Shown: positions 28,779 through 38,541 of the stretch, one piece after another
How the letters are laid out: each line of letters begins with the position of its first letter
How positions within the stretch are numbered: the stretch's first letter is position 1
Source of the DNA: an uncultured Phycisphaerales bacterium
Lineage (GTDB): Bacteria > Planctomycetota > Phycisphaerae > Sedimentisphaerales > Anaerobacaceae
DNA length: 64,000 bases
Assembly: GCA_963718665.1 (NCBI GenBank)
Contig: OY970359.1
Span: 2,272,001 to 2,336,000 of the forward strand
Direction: 5' to 3'
Translations under genes and position numbers: made by a program
Notes under the pieces: generated by a model
Seen by the model: only the letters and a program-made list of their open reading frames with translations
Told to the model about the DNA's origin: nothing
Databases searched by the model: none

Positions 28779-30713
28779 ATGGCCCACGAACATCTGCATT
28801 TTAAGGACGATATAGCAGTCGAGCATACGCACGGCAAACAGGTTCGCGTCAGTTTGGCGCTGCTGGGGACGCTGGCAGGGGGGACGCTGCTGCTAAGCCA
28901 CTATGTAAGCAAATGGTTTGTTTACGGCCCCGATGCCTTCCAGACCGAGATTCTCGCATTTGCGGGCGCAATCCTGCTTGGCTCGCCTATCATCTGGCAC
29001 GCAATTAAAAGTTTAGTGCACAAAGAAGCCCATATGGATGAGCTTGTGGCCCTTGCGATACTTGCCGCCATTGCCACGCGGCAATATCCTGCCGCCTGTG
29101 TAGTTGCGTTCTTTATGTTACTTAGCGAACTGGTCGAGAGCAGAACGGCCCTTGGTGCGAGGGCATCGATTGAATCGCTCATTAAACTCACCCCTCAAAA
29201 GGCAAATCAACTGCATCCCGACGGCAGCGAAACCGAAGTTATGGTCAGCCAGATTAAGCCAGGTGATATTGTTCGGGTAAGGCCCGGCGATAATATCCCG
29301 GTCGATGGCGACGTCGTAAAGGGTTTAAGCTCGGTCAATGAGGCCACAATTACCGGCGAATCGCTGCCCGTTGACAAAGTTCCCGGTATGCAGGTTTTCG
29401 CGGGCACAAGCAATCTTACGGGTGCTCTCGATATTACCGTTACCAAGGCGGGCAAAGATACCACCTTAGGCAAGGTCCAGTCGCTGATTTTGCAGGCCGA
29501 GCATACCAAGATACCGATTATGCGGATTATCGACCGCTATGTTAAATGGTACACCCCGACCGTTCTTATGATTGCAGGTATTGTCCTGTTCTTCACGGGC
29601 AATATCAACTATGCCATTACCATTCTTGTAATATCCTGTCCTTGTTCATTGATTTTGGCGACGCCCAGCGCGATGGTTGCGGCGATATCCGCTGCTGCCC
29701 GCCTTGGCATACTCGTCAAGAACGTTGCCGACCTCGAAGCCGCGGGCAAAATCACTGCGATGGTCTTCGACAAGACGGGAACCGTAACGACCGGCCGATT
29801 ATATGTAACGAAACTCACTCCTGCAAATGGCGTTGAGCCGTCAACACTGCTGTCGCTGGCTTCCTCCGCTGAAAAAATGAGCAAACATCCCGCGGCAAGA
29901 GCTTTGCTTGAGGTCGCCAAACAGGCAAATCTCATTTTGCCCGAAGTGGATAATTTTCAGGAAACACCCGGCAAAGGCGTTTCCGCCAAAGTAGCGGGCA
30001 GCAGGGTAATCGTCGGCAGAGATTCTTTCCTCAGGGAAAACCAGATTAATATGTCAAATGTTACTCTGCCGTCTCTGCACGAGGAGCAGGGTTTCAGCAC
30101 ACTTTTTGTTGCTTTGGACCATAATTGCATTGGGTGGATAGGCCTTCAGGATAAAACCAGGCCCGAAGCGAAGGAGGCCGTAGCAGACCTTTTCGCACTT
30201 GGCGTCAAACGTGTAACTATGCTCACGGGCGACAGGGACGAAGTCGCAGGGCGAGTCGCGGCAGAACTCGGCTGCACCGATTACAAGGCGCATTGCCTGC
30301 CCCAGGATAAACTGGCTATTGTGGAAAAAATCAAAAAAGACGGGCACACCGTCGTTGTCGTGGGCGACGGCATAAACGATGCCCCCGCGCTTGCCGCGGG
30401 CGACCTCGGCATAGCGATGGGAGCGGCCGGTTCCGACGTAGCAATCAACTCCGCCTCAATCGCGCTGTTGAGCGACGACCTCAAACGACTGCCCGCACTG
30501 GTACAGCTTTCACGCAGAACGCGTTTTGTTATCAACTCAAACCTTGCCTTTGGCGTCAGCTTTATAATCGTGGGCATATCGCTGTCGTTTTTGATTCTGC
30601 CGACAACGGCGGCGTTCCTGCATTTCGCAAGCTCTCTTGTCGTTGTCTTCAACAGCGCCCGCTTAGTTCGTCACGGCGAAGAACTTCAGCACCATACGGG
30701 TGATGCTGCGTAG
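28779..30713 (+). CDS. heavy-metal P1B-type ATPase
   Basis: TGES, SCPC, DKTGT, HP, MLTGD, GDGINDAPAL; short His-rich N-terminus. Confidence 0.93.
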   Translation: MAHEHLHFKDDIAVEHTHGKQVRVSLALLGTLAGGTLLLSHYVSKWFVYGPDAFQTEILAFAGAILLGSPIIWHAIKSLVHKEAHMDELVALAILAAIATRQYPAACVVAFFMLLSELVESRTALGARASIESLIKLTPQKANQLHPDGSETEVMVSQIKPGDIVRVRPGDNIPVDGDVVKGLSSVNEATITGESLPVDKVPGMQVFAGTSNLTGALDITVTKAGKDTTLGKVQSLILQAEHTKIPIMRIIDRYVKWYTPTVLMIAGIVLFFTGNINYAITILVISCPCSLILATPSAMVAAISAAARLGILVKNVADLEAAGKITAMVFDKTGTVTTGRLYVTKLTPANGVEPSTLLSLASSAEKMSKHPAARALLEVAKQANLILPEVDNFQETPGKGVSAKVAGSRVIVGRDSFLRENQINMSNVTLPSLHEEQGFSTLFVALDHNCIGWIGLQDKTRPEAKEAVADLFALGVKRVTMLTGDRDEVAGRVAAELGCTDYKAHCLPQDKLAIVEKIKKDGHTVVVVGDGINDAPALAAGDLGIAMGAAGSDVAINSASIALLSDDLKRLPALVQLSRRTRFVINSNLAFGVSFIIVGISLSFLILPTTAAFLHFASSLVVVFNSARLVRHGEELQHHTGDAA

Positions 30714-30751
30714 AATACCTATATACAGGCCTGACGGGATTAGCTGAAATT

Positions 30752-31963
30752 ATGGAATATGCGATTGAAACATTTTCTCTTACAAAGATTTTTTCCGACT
30801 GGTGGGGCCGCAGCAGGGTTATAGCCGTTGATGACCTTAATCTGAAGGTTCGCCCCAATGAGGTTTATGGTTTTCTCGGCCCTAACGGCTCAGGCAAAAC
30901 AACCACGCTCAAAATGCTCCTCGGGCTGCTTCATCCCACAAAAGGAAAGGCAATCGTTCTCGGGGGCGACGCCACCGACCCGCAAATCAATCGCAGAATC
31001 GGTTTTTTGCCTGAAGAGTCGTATCTTTATAAATACCTGACGGCCCGCGAAACGCTCGATTTTTACGGCCAGCTGTTCAAACTGCCCGCGAAAGTCCGCA
31101 GGATGCGTATCGAGGCGCTGCTGGATATGGTCGGCCTGAAGGCCGTCGCCAACAGGACCATCGGGACATTTTCAAAGGGTATGGCAAGAAGAATCGGTCT
31201 TGCCCAGGCCCTTATAAATGACCCTGAGCTGCTTATTCTCGATGAACCAACCACAGGCCTTGATCCCATCGGCACAAGACAAATCAAAGACCTTATCCTC
31301 GAACTCGCCAAACGCGGCAAGACGATTCTGCTTTGCAGTCACCTTCTTGCCGACGTCGAGGACGTATGTAACAGAATCGCGATTCTTTATGGTGGCAAGA
31401 TTCAGGCGGAAGGCGACGTCCGCGAATTGCTGCGGCACTCCGATAAGACCGAAATTCTGACCGGGCGTTTAAGTCCGGCGGTAATCGAGAAAATAAAGCA
31501 GACGCTTGCCGAAGAGCACGCGGAATACACCATCGGCTCGCCGATAGACAAGCTCGAAACGTTCTTTATCAATATTGTGGCCCGGGCACAACGGCAGGCC
31601 GTCCCGACAAGCGGTGCGGAGAGCAAGACGCAGATTAGCAATTTTCTTTCCGCCGGGATTAATGACCGTGCGAGCCGAGAAGCGATACTTAATCAGCTCG
31701 TTTCCGCCTCTGACGAGCGACCGGCTGTTACTGATACGCAGCAGGTCAAATCTCAACCGGCACCGTTGTCGCCGGCTGACGAAAATCTGCTCAAAGAGCT
31801 GACCGAACAGACCGATTCAAAACCGGTTGTTATCCAGCCGACACAAACCAAACCCGCGCCGGCGCAATCCGACCAGCCGAATAAGAGCGTTCTCGACGAA
31901 TTAACGGGCCGGTCTAATGCGGATACAAAGAACGCTCAATCCGGAGATTCCACAAATGCGTAG
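30752..31963 (+). CDS. ABC transporter ATP-binding protein with low-complexity C-terminal tail
   Basis: GPNGSGKT, FSKGM, LILDEP, SH. Confidence 0.93.
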   Translation: MEYAIETFSLTKIFSDWWGRSRVIAVDDLNLKVRPNEVYGFLGPNGSGKTTTLKMLLGLLHPTKGKAIVLGGDATDPQINRRIGFLPEESYLYKYLTARETLDFYGQLFKLPAKVRRMRIEALLDMVGLKAVANRTIGTFSKGMARRIGLAQALINDPELLILDEPTTGLDPIGTRQIKDLILELAKRGKTILLCSHLLADVEDVCNRIAILYGGKIQAEGDVRELLRHSDKTEILTGRLSPAVIEKIKQTLAEEHAEYTIGSPIDKLETFFINIVARAQRQAVPTSGAESKTQISNFLSAGINDRASREAILNQLVSASDERPAVTDTQQVKSQPAPLSPADENLLKELTEQTDSKPVVIQPTQTKPAPAQSDQPNKSVLDELTGRSNADTKNAQSGDSTNA

Positions 31964-33333
31964 CATCTGGGCCGTTGCTGTCAATATGATAAAGCAGGCC
32001 CTGCGTCTCAAAATTGCCGCGGTCTTTATAGTTCTGCTGCTTGTGCTGCTGCCGGTAATGGGATTGACTATGACCGGTGACGGCACGGTAAAGGGGCGTA
32101 TGCAGGCGTTCGTCAGCTATGGTATGTCACTGACGGCGTTTTTGCTGTCGATGCTTACCATTTTCACAACCGCGTATTCGCTCACAAGCGAAGTAAAAGA
32201 CAAGCAGATTTATACCGTTTTAACAAAGCCGATTCGGCGGTTTCAGTTTGTGCTCGGCAAATTGCTCGGAATTGTTATTTTAGACGCGGGTTTGCTTGCT
32301 CTTTTTTCCGTTATCATTTACGGCATCACCATTTTATTGCCGACGGTTCTGCGCAGACGAAGCCCAGATGACCCAGATTCGGGACGAGTTTTTTACCGCC
32401 AGGGCGTCGGTAAAGCCCGAAGAGCCGGATATTTCGCAGGAGCTTGCAGAGGCGTATAAAAAGCTTAAGCAGAATGGCGAGGTTCCTGCCGGTGTGGATG
32501 AAAATCCAGTCGCTCGTCATAATTATATGAATGAGCTTGCTCGCCGTATCGGGCTTAGAAGGCGGGCCGCCGCGGTGGGCGAAGAGCTGCTCATGGAATT
32601 CGATAACGTTAAGCCCAAGGAGCCCAACCAGAATTTATTCGTGAGATTCAAATACGATGTTGCAGTCAATCCTCAGGACCTTTCGATATACAGTAAATGG
32701 GTTGTCGGTGACGTTCGCCAGCTTCGCCTGGCGGCCAATCTGGATACGCCGATATATTCACTGGAACGAAAAGATGTTATACGCACGTTTCGTGAATTTT
32801 CAGTTCCTGCCGACGCGGTTGCGGGCGATGGCTATCTTGCCGTGGCGTTTCTTAATGTTCCTCTTAATAATACGGTTGTTATTTTCCCGTTCGAGGACGG
32901 TCTTGAGCTTCTTTACAAAGCCGACACTTTTACCGCCAATTTTATCAGGGCGGTACTGTTAATTTTTGTTTGGCTCGTTTTTCTTTCCGCGTTCGCCGTT
33001 TTTGCGGGGTCATTTTTATCGTTTCCAGTTGCCATATTGCTTTGCCTGGCCGTGTTTACTATGGCCAATATGACCGGATACATCGGTGAATCCTTTAACG
33101 TTGTCGGCGGCAATGTCAGCCCGGTATATACGTGGTTTCTTCAGCCGATACTTTCGCTTTTGCCGCATTTCGACAAGTTTGACCCTTCTCAATTTTTAGT
33201 TCCGGCCCGGTTGTTGAGCTGGTCTTTGCTTGCCTGGCTTGGCTTTTCGACGCTTTGTATCAGAGCCCTGCTGCTGGTGATTTTGTCGCTGGTGATTTTC
33301 ACTTACCGCGAAATTGCAAAAGTTATCGTGTAA
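31956..33333 (+). pseudogene. ABC-2 permease with extracytoplasmic domain, split by one frameshift near 32343 (real lesion or sequence error)
   Basis: The first frame carries the EVKDKQIYTVLTKPIRR...LGK motif; a +1 frame carries the soluble domain, the C-terminal TMs and the REIAKVIV end. Confidence 0.8.
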
Positions 33334-33409
33334 CGTTATTATTGGCCCGTGCCGGAGGCATGAAAACATCCGCCGGGCATCCGCCGTAGATTATTAAGTC
33401 AATACAATT

Positions 33410-35230
33410 ATGCGTTTACGTGACAAACTGATTATTGTTGTATGCGTTGTGCTGATGGTTGTCCTGCTGACCGTTGCGGGCGACCGTCTGGATTATATAA
33501 ATTCACAGCGGGTTGAAATGAAGCTGATAAGCAACGAGCCGCTGCAGAATGCACCGCCTTCGCTGGCTTTTGCGACGGTTGCGATGGGGGCGTTCAGGGG
33601 GCTGGTGGTTGATATCCTTTGGATGCGGGCTGATAAGCTCAAGGAGCAGGGCCAATTTTTCGATGCAAAGCAGCTTGCCGAATGGATTACCGTTCTTCAG
33701 CCGCGTTTTTCACAGGTCTGGGCGTTTCAGGCGTGGAATATGGCCTACAATATCTCTGTGGCTATTCCCGCTGAACAGGCGGACCAGCGATGGCAGTGGG
33801 TGAAAAACGGCTATGAGCTTTTGCGCGACAAGGGCATACCCCTCAATCCTAAATCAATCGGCTTGTATCGTGAGCTTGGCAGAATCTTCCAGCACAAAAT
33901 AGGCAGCAACAGCGACGATGATAATAGATACTACAAATTACAGCTTGCTCTTTCGATTGAACCGTTGCTCGGCCCGGCTGATAATGCCTGGTTTGAATCG
34001 CTTGCTAAAGCTCCTGCCGAGTGGAGTCAGATTGCCGCCGACGCGAACATTGCGCCGTTTATCGCTGCTCTGAAGGCCGCCGACAAGAACTTCGAGGATG
34101 ATTCGCGATTTGCGGGCAATTACCTTTCTCTCCGGCAAAATCCAAACAGATTCGCACCTGCCGCTTTTAGGGTAATCGAGCGGTTCAGAGACACAGCAAT
34201 ACTTCGTGATTTCGATGTTTTCGCAAAGGCATGGCAGCTTCGAAACGTCTGGAAACTTGACCCCGTTCTTATGCTCGAATTAAACCGCATGTACGGCCCG
34301 ACAGATTTCAATGACCCTAATTATCACTACCCGCTCGATTGGCGGCATCCGGACGTTCACGCAATTTACTGGACGGTTAAGGGGCTTCGCGTAGCGGGCA
34401 GAAAAAATGCCGTTAAGACGGGCAGGGGAGAGTACCCGGTTGACGAAATCAATACCGACCGGATTGTTTCAAGCAGTTTGCAGAACCTGTTCCGGTATGG
34501 AAAAATCTTTATCTACGATATGAACGAAAATCCGGTCTCACCACAGGGCGGCGAGCAAGTCGCTGCCACTGGGCCGACAAAAGATATATTTCTGCGTGCC
34601 GATTTCAGGATGTTCGATTCTTACAACAAGGCAATAACGGAGATTATACACAAATACAGCGACCCAAACGACAAATGGGATGATTCGCATATGGTTCAGC
34701 ACCGCAATATGCTTACCAATGCCCTGACAATGTTTTACCAGGCGGGTCACAGGCAGAAGGCGCAGAAGATATACGATTATGTCAGAGGGCTGTATCCTCG
34801 TCCGGAATTTAACGATCCGGCCGTCGAATCTTACATCATCCAGCAGATACGCAAGGACCTCAAGACCATCACAATCACCAAGGCGATGGATACGATTATG
34901 CCGATGTTTCGTGAGGCGTATTTCAGATATGCCCTGCGCGATGACGACGCTTCCTATGCCATCGAAAAAATGGCCGAAGACGTATATAATGTTTATACTA
35001 AACAATATGGCGATGAGGCACGGCTTCGTTTGCCGGAGTTAAGAGTAATGAAATTTCTTGCGTTTAGGGATTTCTTTTCCGACGAGGAATATCCACTAAC
35101 AATGCGTCAGACCCTCCTTGCCCGGATAAAAATCGAGCAGCCGAAGCTTGCTGAACAATTCTCACAGATTGAAGAACAGTTGATTCGGGAATCGCAGCAG
35201 CAACAGCAGCAACAACCAAACTCGCAATGA
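33410..35230 (+). CDS. membrane-anchored hypothetical protein (606 aa, predicted helical)
   Basis: Long ORF with N-terminal TM; GAFRGL..DILW.RA and LQP.F..VW.FQAWNMAYNISV block; poly-Gln tail. Confidence 0.75.
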   Translation: MRLRDKLIIVVCVVLMVVLLTVAGDRLDYINSQRVEMKLISNEPLQNAPPSLAFATVAMGAFRGLVVDILWMRADKLKEQGQFFDAKQLAEWITVLQPRFSQVWAFQAWNMAYNISVAIPAEQADQRWQWVKNGYELLRDKGIPLNPKSIGLYRELGRIFQHKIGSNSDDDNRYYKLQLALSIEPLLGPADNAWFESLAKAPAEWSQIAADANIAPFIAALKAADKNFEDDSRFAGNYLSLRQNPNRFAPAAFRVIERFRDTAILRDFDVFAKAWQLRNVWKLDPVLMLELNRMYGPTDFNDPNYHYPLDWRHPDVHAIYWTVKGLRVAGRKNAVKTGRGEYPVDEINTDRIVSSSLQNLFRYGKIFIYDMNENPVSPQGGEQVAATGPTKDIFLRADFRMFDSYNKAITEIIHKYSDPNDKWDDSHMVQHRNMLTNALTMFYQAGHRQKAQKIYDYVRGLYPRPEFNDPAVESYIIQQIRKDLKTITITKAMDTIMPMFREAYFRYALRDDDASYAIEKMAEDVYNVYTKQYGDEARLRLPELRVMKFLAFRDFFSDEEYPLTMRQTLLARIKIEQPKLAEQFSQIEEQLIRESQQQQQQQPNSQ

Positions 35231-37425
35231 TGTTCCCCTCGACTAATAAACGTGATGACGCATTTGCTTCCGAACTGACCGCTTCCCAGCAAAAGGCAGT
35301 ATTTCACCGCGATGGTCCCTTGCTTGTCATCGCGGGGCCGGGCAGCGGCAAGACCCGCGTCATAACCTGCCGCATTGCCGCTCTCGTCAGTTCAGGTGTT
35401 CCCGCTTATAATATCTGCGCCATCACTTTTACCAATAAGGCCGCCGAAGAAATGCGCCAACGTGCCGTCGCCATTGGCTCATCCGCCGGCGCACACATCA
35501 GCACTTTTCACTCTCTGTGCGTTCGCATTCTCCGCAGATATTCCGAAGTTGCTGGCATAACCCCAAACTTCAGTATATACGACGATTCCGACCAGTCCAA
35601 ATGCATAAAACAGGCAATCGTTGACTGCAATCTTAATACTACCGATTTTTCGCCCGCGCGAACGCTCGACGCGATTTCTACTTTGAAAAACAAGCTCATT
35701 GACGCCGATACCTTTGAAAAGGAAGCAGACGATTTCTTCTCAAAAACGCTGTCAAAAATTTATTCCCGCTATCAGCAAATCCTCAAGGACCTTAACGCCG
35801 TTGATTTCGATGATTTGCTTATGAAAGCGGCCTTTCTGCTCGAAAACAATCCCGATGTTCGTTCGGAACTCGGCAATCGGTATAAATATCTTCTCATTGA
35901 TGAATACCAGGACACCAACCACGCTCAATATCGAATCGCAAAGGCGCTTGCTTCCTCGCACAACAATATCTGTGCGACGGGCGACCCGGACCAGTCAATC
36001 TACCGCTGGCGAGGAGCTGATATTCGCAATATCCTCGATTTTGAGCGCGACTGGCCCAATGCCGTGGTTGTTCGTCTCGAAGAAAATTTTCGCTCTGCTC
36101 CCTGCATTCTTGAAGTTGCCGACCAGCTTATCGCCAATAACCGGAGCCGAAAGGAAAAACGCCTTATCGCGACAAAACCGCCCGCGGGCAAAGTCGTTAT
36201 TGAACCGTATAAGGATGAAGTCGAGGAGGCCATCGGCGTTGCGGAAAATATCAGGCGATTGGTTGACGAAGGCGTGCCCCTTTCCAATATAGCTATTTTT
36301 TATCGCGTCAATGCCCAAAGCCGGACAATCGAAGAGGCCTTCATAAGGAGCAAAATCCCATATCAAATAGTTCGCGGCGTCGAATTCTACAATCGAAAGG
36401 AAATACGTGATTTGCTCGCCTATCTCAAAGTTTTCGTCAATCCCGCCGACAAAGTCGCGCTTCTGCGCATCATCAATACCCCCGTCCGCGGCATAGGCAA
36501 AACCACCATCGACAAACTTCAAAACTTCGCCGCCCGCCGTAACATCGGCTTATATGAAGCGATCAAACACATTTCGAAAATTCTCAGCATTTCCAAAACT
36601 ACCGCCGCCAAACTCACCGCCTTTCTCGCGATGATAGAAGGTTTCAAAAAACAAGTCCCTCTCGATAATGGCGTTAGCCCAAATCATAAATCGAGTGTCG
36701 CTTCTCTGGCCGAACTTGTCTTCTCCGAATCCGGCCTCGAAAAATCCCTCGCCGCCGAAGGCGCAGAAGGCAAGGACGCTATTGCCAATATCGAGTCGCT
36801 TATCAGCGCAGCCGCTCGTTATGACCAAGAGACCGAAAACCCCTCCCTGATTGATTATCTCCAGCAAATCGCGTTGTTCAGCGACGCCGACGCGTATAAT
36901 GCTTCGGTTGAACGCGTTGCGCTTATGACGCTGCATTCCGCGAAAGGTCTCGAATTCGATACCGTCTTCATTGTTGGGGTCGAGGAAGGTTTGCTGCCTC
37001 ACGAAAGAAGCGCGGATAATGAAAATGAAACCGAAGAAGAACGCCGGCTTTTCTTCGTCGGCATAACCCGCGCAAAAGTCAACCTGTTTATCGCTTTTGC
37101 AAAATACCGCCAAATCAGGGGCCAGACCCTCCGCACCATACCTTCGCAATTTCTCTTCGAGCTTGGTCTCGCCTTTTCTGAATCTGCTTCTCAATCAGAA
37201 ATCAGAAATCATAAATCAGAAATAGAGAATGTTAAATCCGAAATCCGGAGCACACAATCGGCAGCTCCTTTTCATAAAGGAGATATTGTTGTGCATAAGA
37301 AATTCGGCATAGGCACTGTGAAGGATTTCGCGGATATGGGCGACAACTCCGTTGTTATCGTTGCGTTCAACACCGGCCATACAAAATCCCTGATGCTCAA
37401 GTATGCAAAACTTGTGAAACTTTAA
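35227..37425 (+). CDS. pcrA: ATP-dependent DNA helicase UvrD/PcrA
   Basis: AGPGSGKT, TFTNKAA, DEYQDTN, GDPDQSIY.WRGA, MTLHSAKGLEF, EERRLFFVGITRA, C-terminal Tudor-like domain. Confidence 0.95.
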   Translation: MMFPSTNKRDDAFASELTASQQKAVFHRDGPLLVIAGPGSGKTRVITCRIAALVSSGVPAYNICAITFTNKAAEEMRQRAVAIGSSAGAHISTFHSLCVRILRRYSEVAGITPNFSIYDDSDQSKCIKQAIVDCNLNTTDFSPARTLDAISTLKNKLIDADTFEKEADDFFSKTLSKIYSRYQQILKDLNAVDFDDLLMKAAFLLENNPDVRSELGNRYKYLLIDEYQDTNHAQYRIAKALASSHNNICATGDPDQSIYRWRGADIRNILDFERDWPNAVVVRLEENFRSAPCILEVADQLIANNRSRKEKRLIATKPPAGKVVIEPYKDEVEEAIGVAENIRRLVDEGVPLSNIAIFYRVNAQSRTIEEAFIRSKIPYQIVRGVEFYNRKEIRDLLAYLKVFVNPADKVALLRIINTPVRGIGKTTIDKLQNFAARRNIGLYEAIKHISKILSISKTTAAKLTAFLAMIEGFKKQVPLDNGVSPNHKSSVASLAELVFSESGLEKSLAAEGAEGKDAIANIESLISAAARYDQETENPSLIDYLQQIALFSDADAYNASVERVALMTLHSAKGLEFDTVFIVGVEEGLLPHERSADNENETEEERRLFFVGITRAKVNLFIAFAKYRQIRGQTLRTIPSQFLFELGLAFSESASQSEIRNHKSEIENVKSEIRSTQSAAPFHKGDIVVHKKFGIGTVKDFADMGDNSVVIVAFNTGHTKSLMLKYAKLVKL
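37193..37248 (+). repeat. degenerate heptamer tandem array inside the helicase linker
   Basis: 8 units: AATCAGA AATCAGA AATCATA AATCAGA AATAGAG AATGTTA AATCCGA AATCCGG. Confidence 0.85.
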
Positions 37426-37459
37426 GCATCTCAGACACAAAAAACTATGCGGCTAATTA

Positions 37460-38539
37460 TTATTTCAGAATCGGGTAATGGATTTTGGGATTCTTGTTTT
37501 TAACCCAGGGCAGTTTTTCCCATGTAATGGTTTCGTTACAGTCGTAAACTTCCCGGTTTGAACGCCAGTCGGGGTTGCCCCATACCATAAACCACGTCCA
37601 ACAGGGCTGTTCACGCAATTTCGCCAGCGTCGGCGAGGCGCCGACCTCGCCTAAGGCAATTGGTTTGTCGCCCGCTACAGCTAAAAGCTGGTTATAATCG
37701 TTCGGGTCAAAGCCGTTCCTATAAACATCAGTCGCGAGGATATCCACCACGTCATCTCCCGGGTAAACGCTGTCATAAGGCAGCACGTTTTCCCTGATTT
37801 CGTTGCAGTTATAGACCCATATCAGATTATTGAGCTTGTGGAAATTTACCAGCCGGTCATAAAGCATCCGGTAAAGTTTCTTCGTGCCATTGTCGCCGGT
37901 CTTGCCGTTCCACCAGAAAAAGTTTCCGTTTATTTCGTGATAAGGTCTCCACAACACGGGTACATCCGCGTATTTCAGTTGTTTCAGGAAGAACGCTATT
38001 ACGTCCACCTGCGATTTCCATCGCTCATTGACAGCGGTTCCCGGCGTAATTAAATCCTGCCATTCCTTGTCAGTGATGTGGCCCTGTATCGATTTCCTGA
38101 AGTCAACCGGTTCCTCTTCAGTAGGAGGCACCGCGTGCCACATAATTGTAATAATGAACCCATCGTTGTTTCGTCTTATCGCCTCATCAACAATATTCTG
38201 GCGAAAATTTATCCCGTCCCATGTGCCCGGAGCGCTGAAGCCGAAATCGAACCCGCACAATGCCGGGTAATGTCCCATCCATTTTTCAATCGTGGGAAGC
38301 TGTGTAGTTACGACAAGCGGCGCACAATGCTGGCCGACAAGCGTCTGCTTGCCGGAAATACTGTATAGATACTCCAGCAGCTTTATCGCTTCCGGCGAAG
38401 CATTGGGCGTTACTGGTTTTTTTGTTACACTTGCTGCCGGCTTTGTTTTGGCCGGTTGATTGGCGTCCTGTGCGCCGTGCAGCGATGTAGTAGCCATCAT
38501 TACTCCTATAATAAGCAAAACGGTTAATCTGAAAGCCAT
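37460..38539 (-). CDS. secreted GH26 beta-mannanase
   Basis: Signal peptide, PVLWRPYHE.NG.FFWW, YPGDD.VDI...D.Y, KPIALGE.G, W.WFM.W. Confidence 0.9.
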   Translation of the reverse strand: MAFRLTVLLIIGVMMATTSLHGAQDANQPAKTKPAASVTKKPVTPNASPEAIKLLEYLYSISGKQTLVGQHCAPLVVTTQLPTIEKWMGHYPALCGFDFGFSAPGTWDGINFRQNIVDEAIRRNNDGFIITIMWHAVPPTEEEPVDFRKSIQGHITDKEWQDLITPGTAVNERWKSQVDVIAFFLKQLKYADVPVLWRPYHEINGNFFWWNGKTGDNGTKKLYRMLYDRLVNFHKLNNLIWVYNCNEIRENVLPYDSVYPGDDVVDILATDVYRNGFDPNDYNQLLAVAGDKPIALGEVGASPTLAKLREQPCWTWFMVWGNPDWRSNREVYDCNETITWEKLPWVKNKNPKIHYPILK

Positions 38540-38541
38540 TC

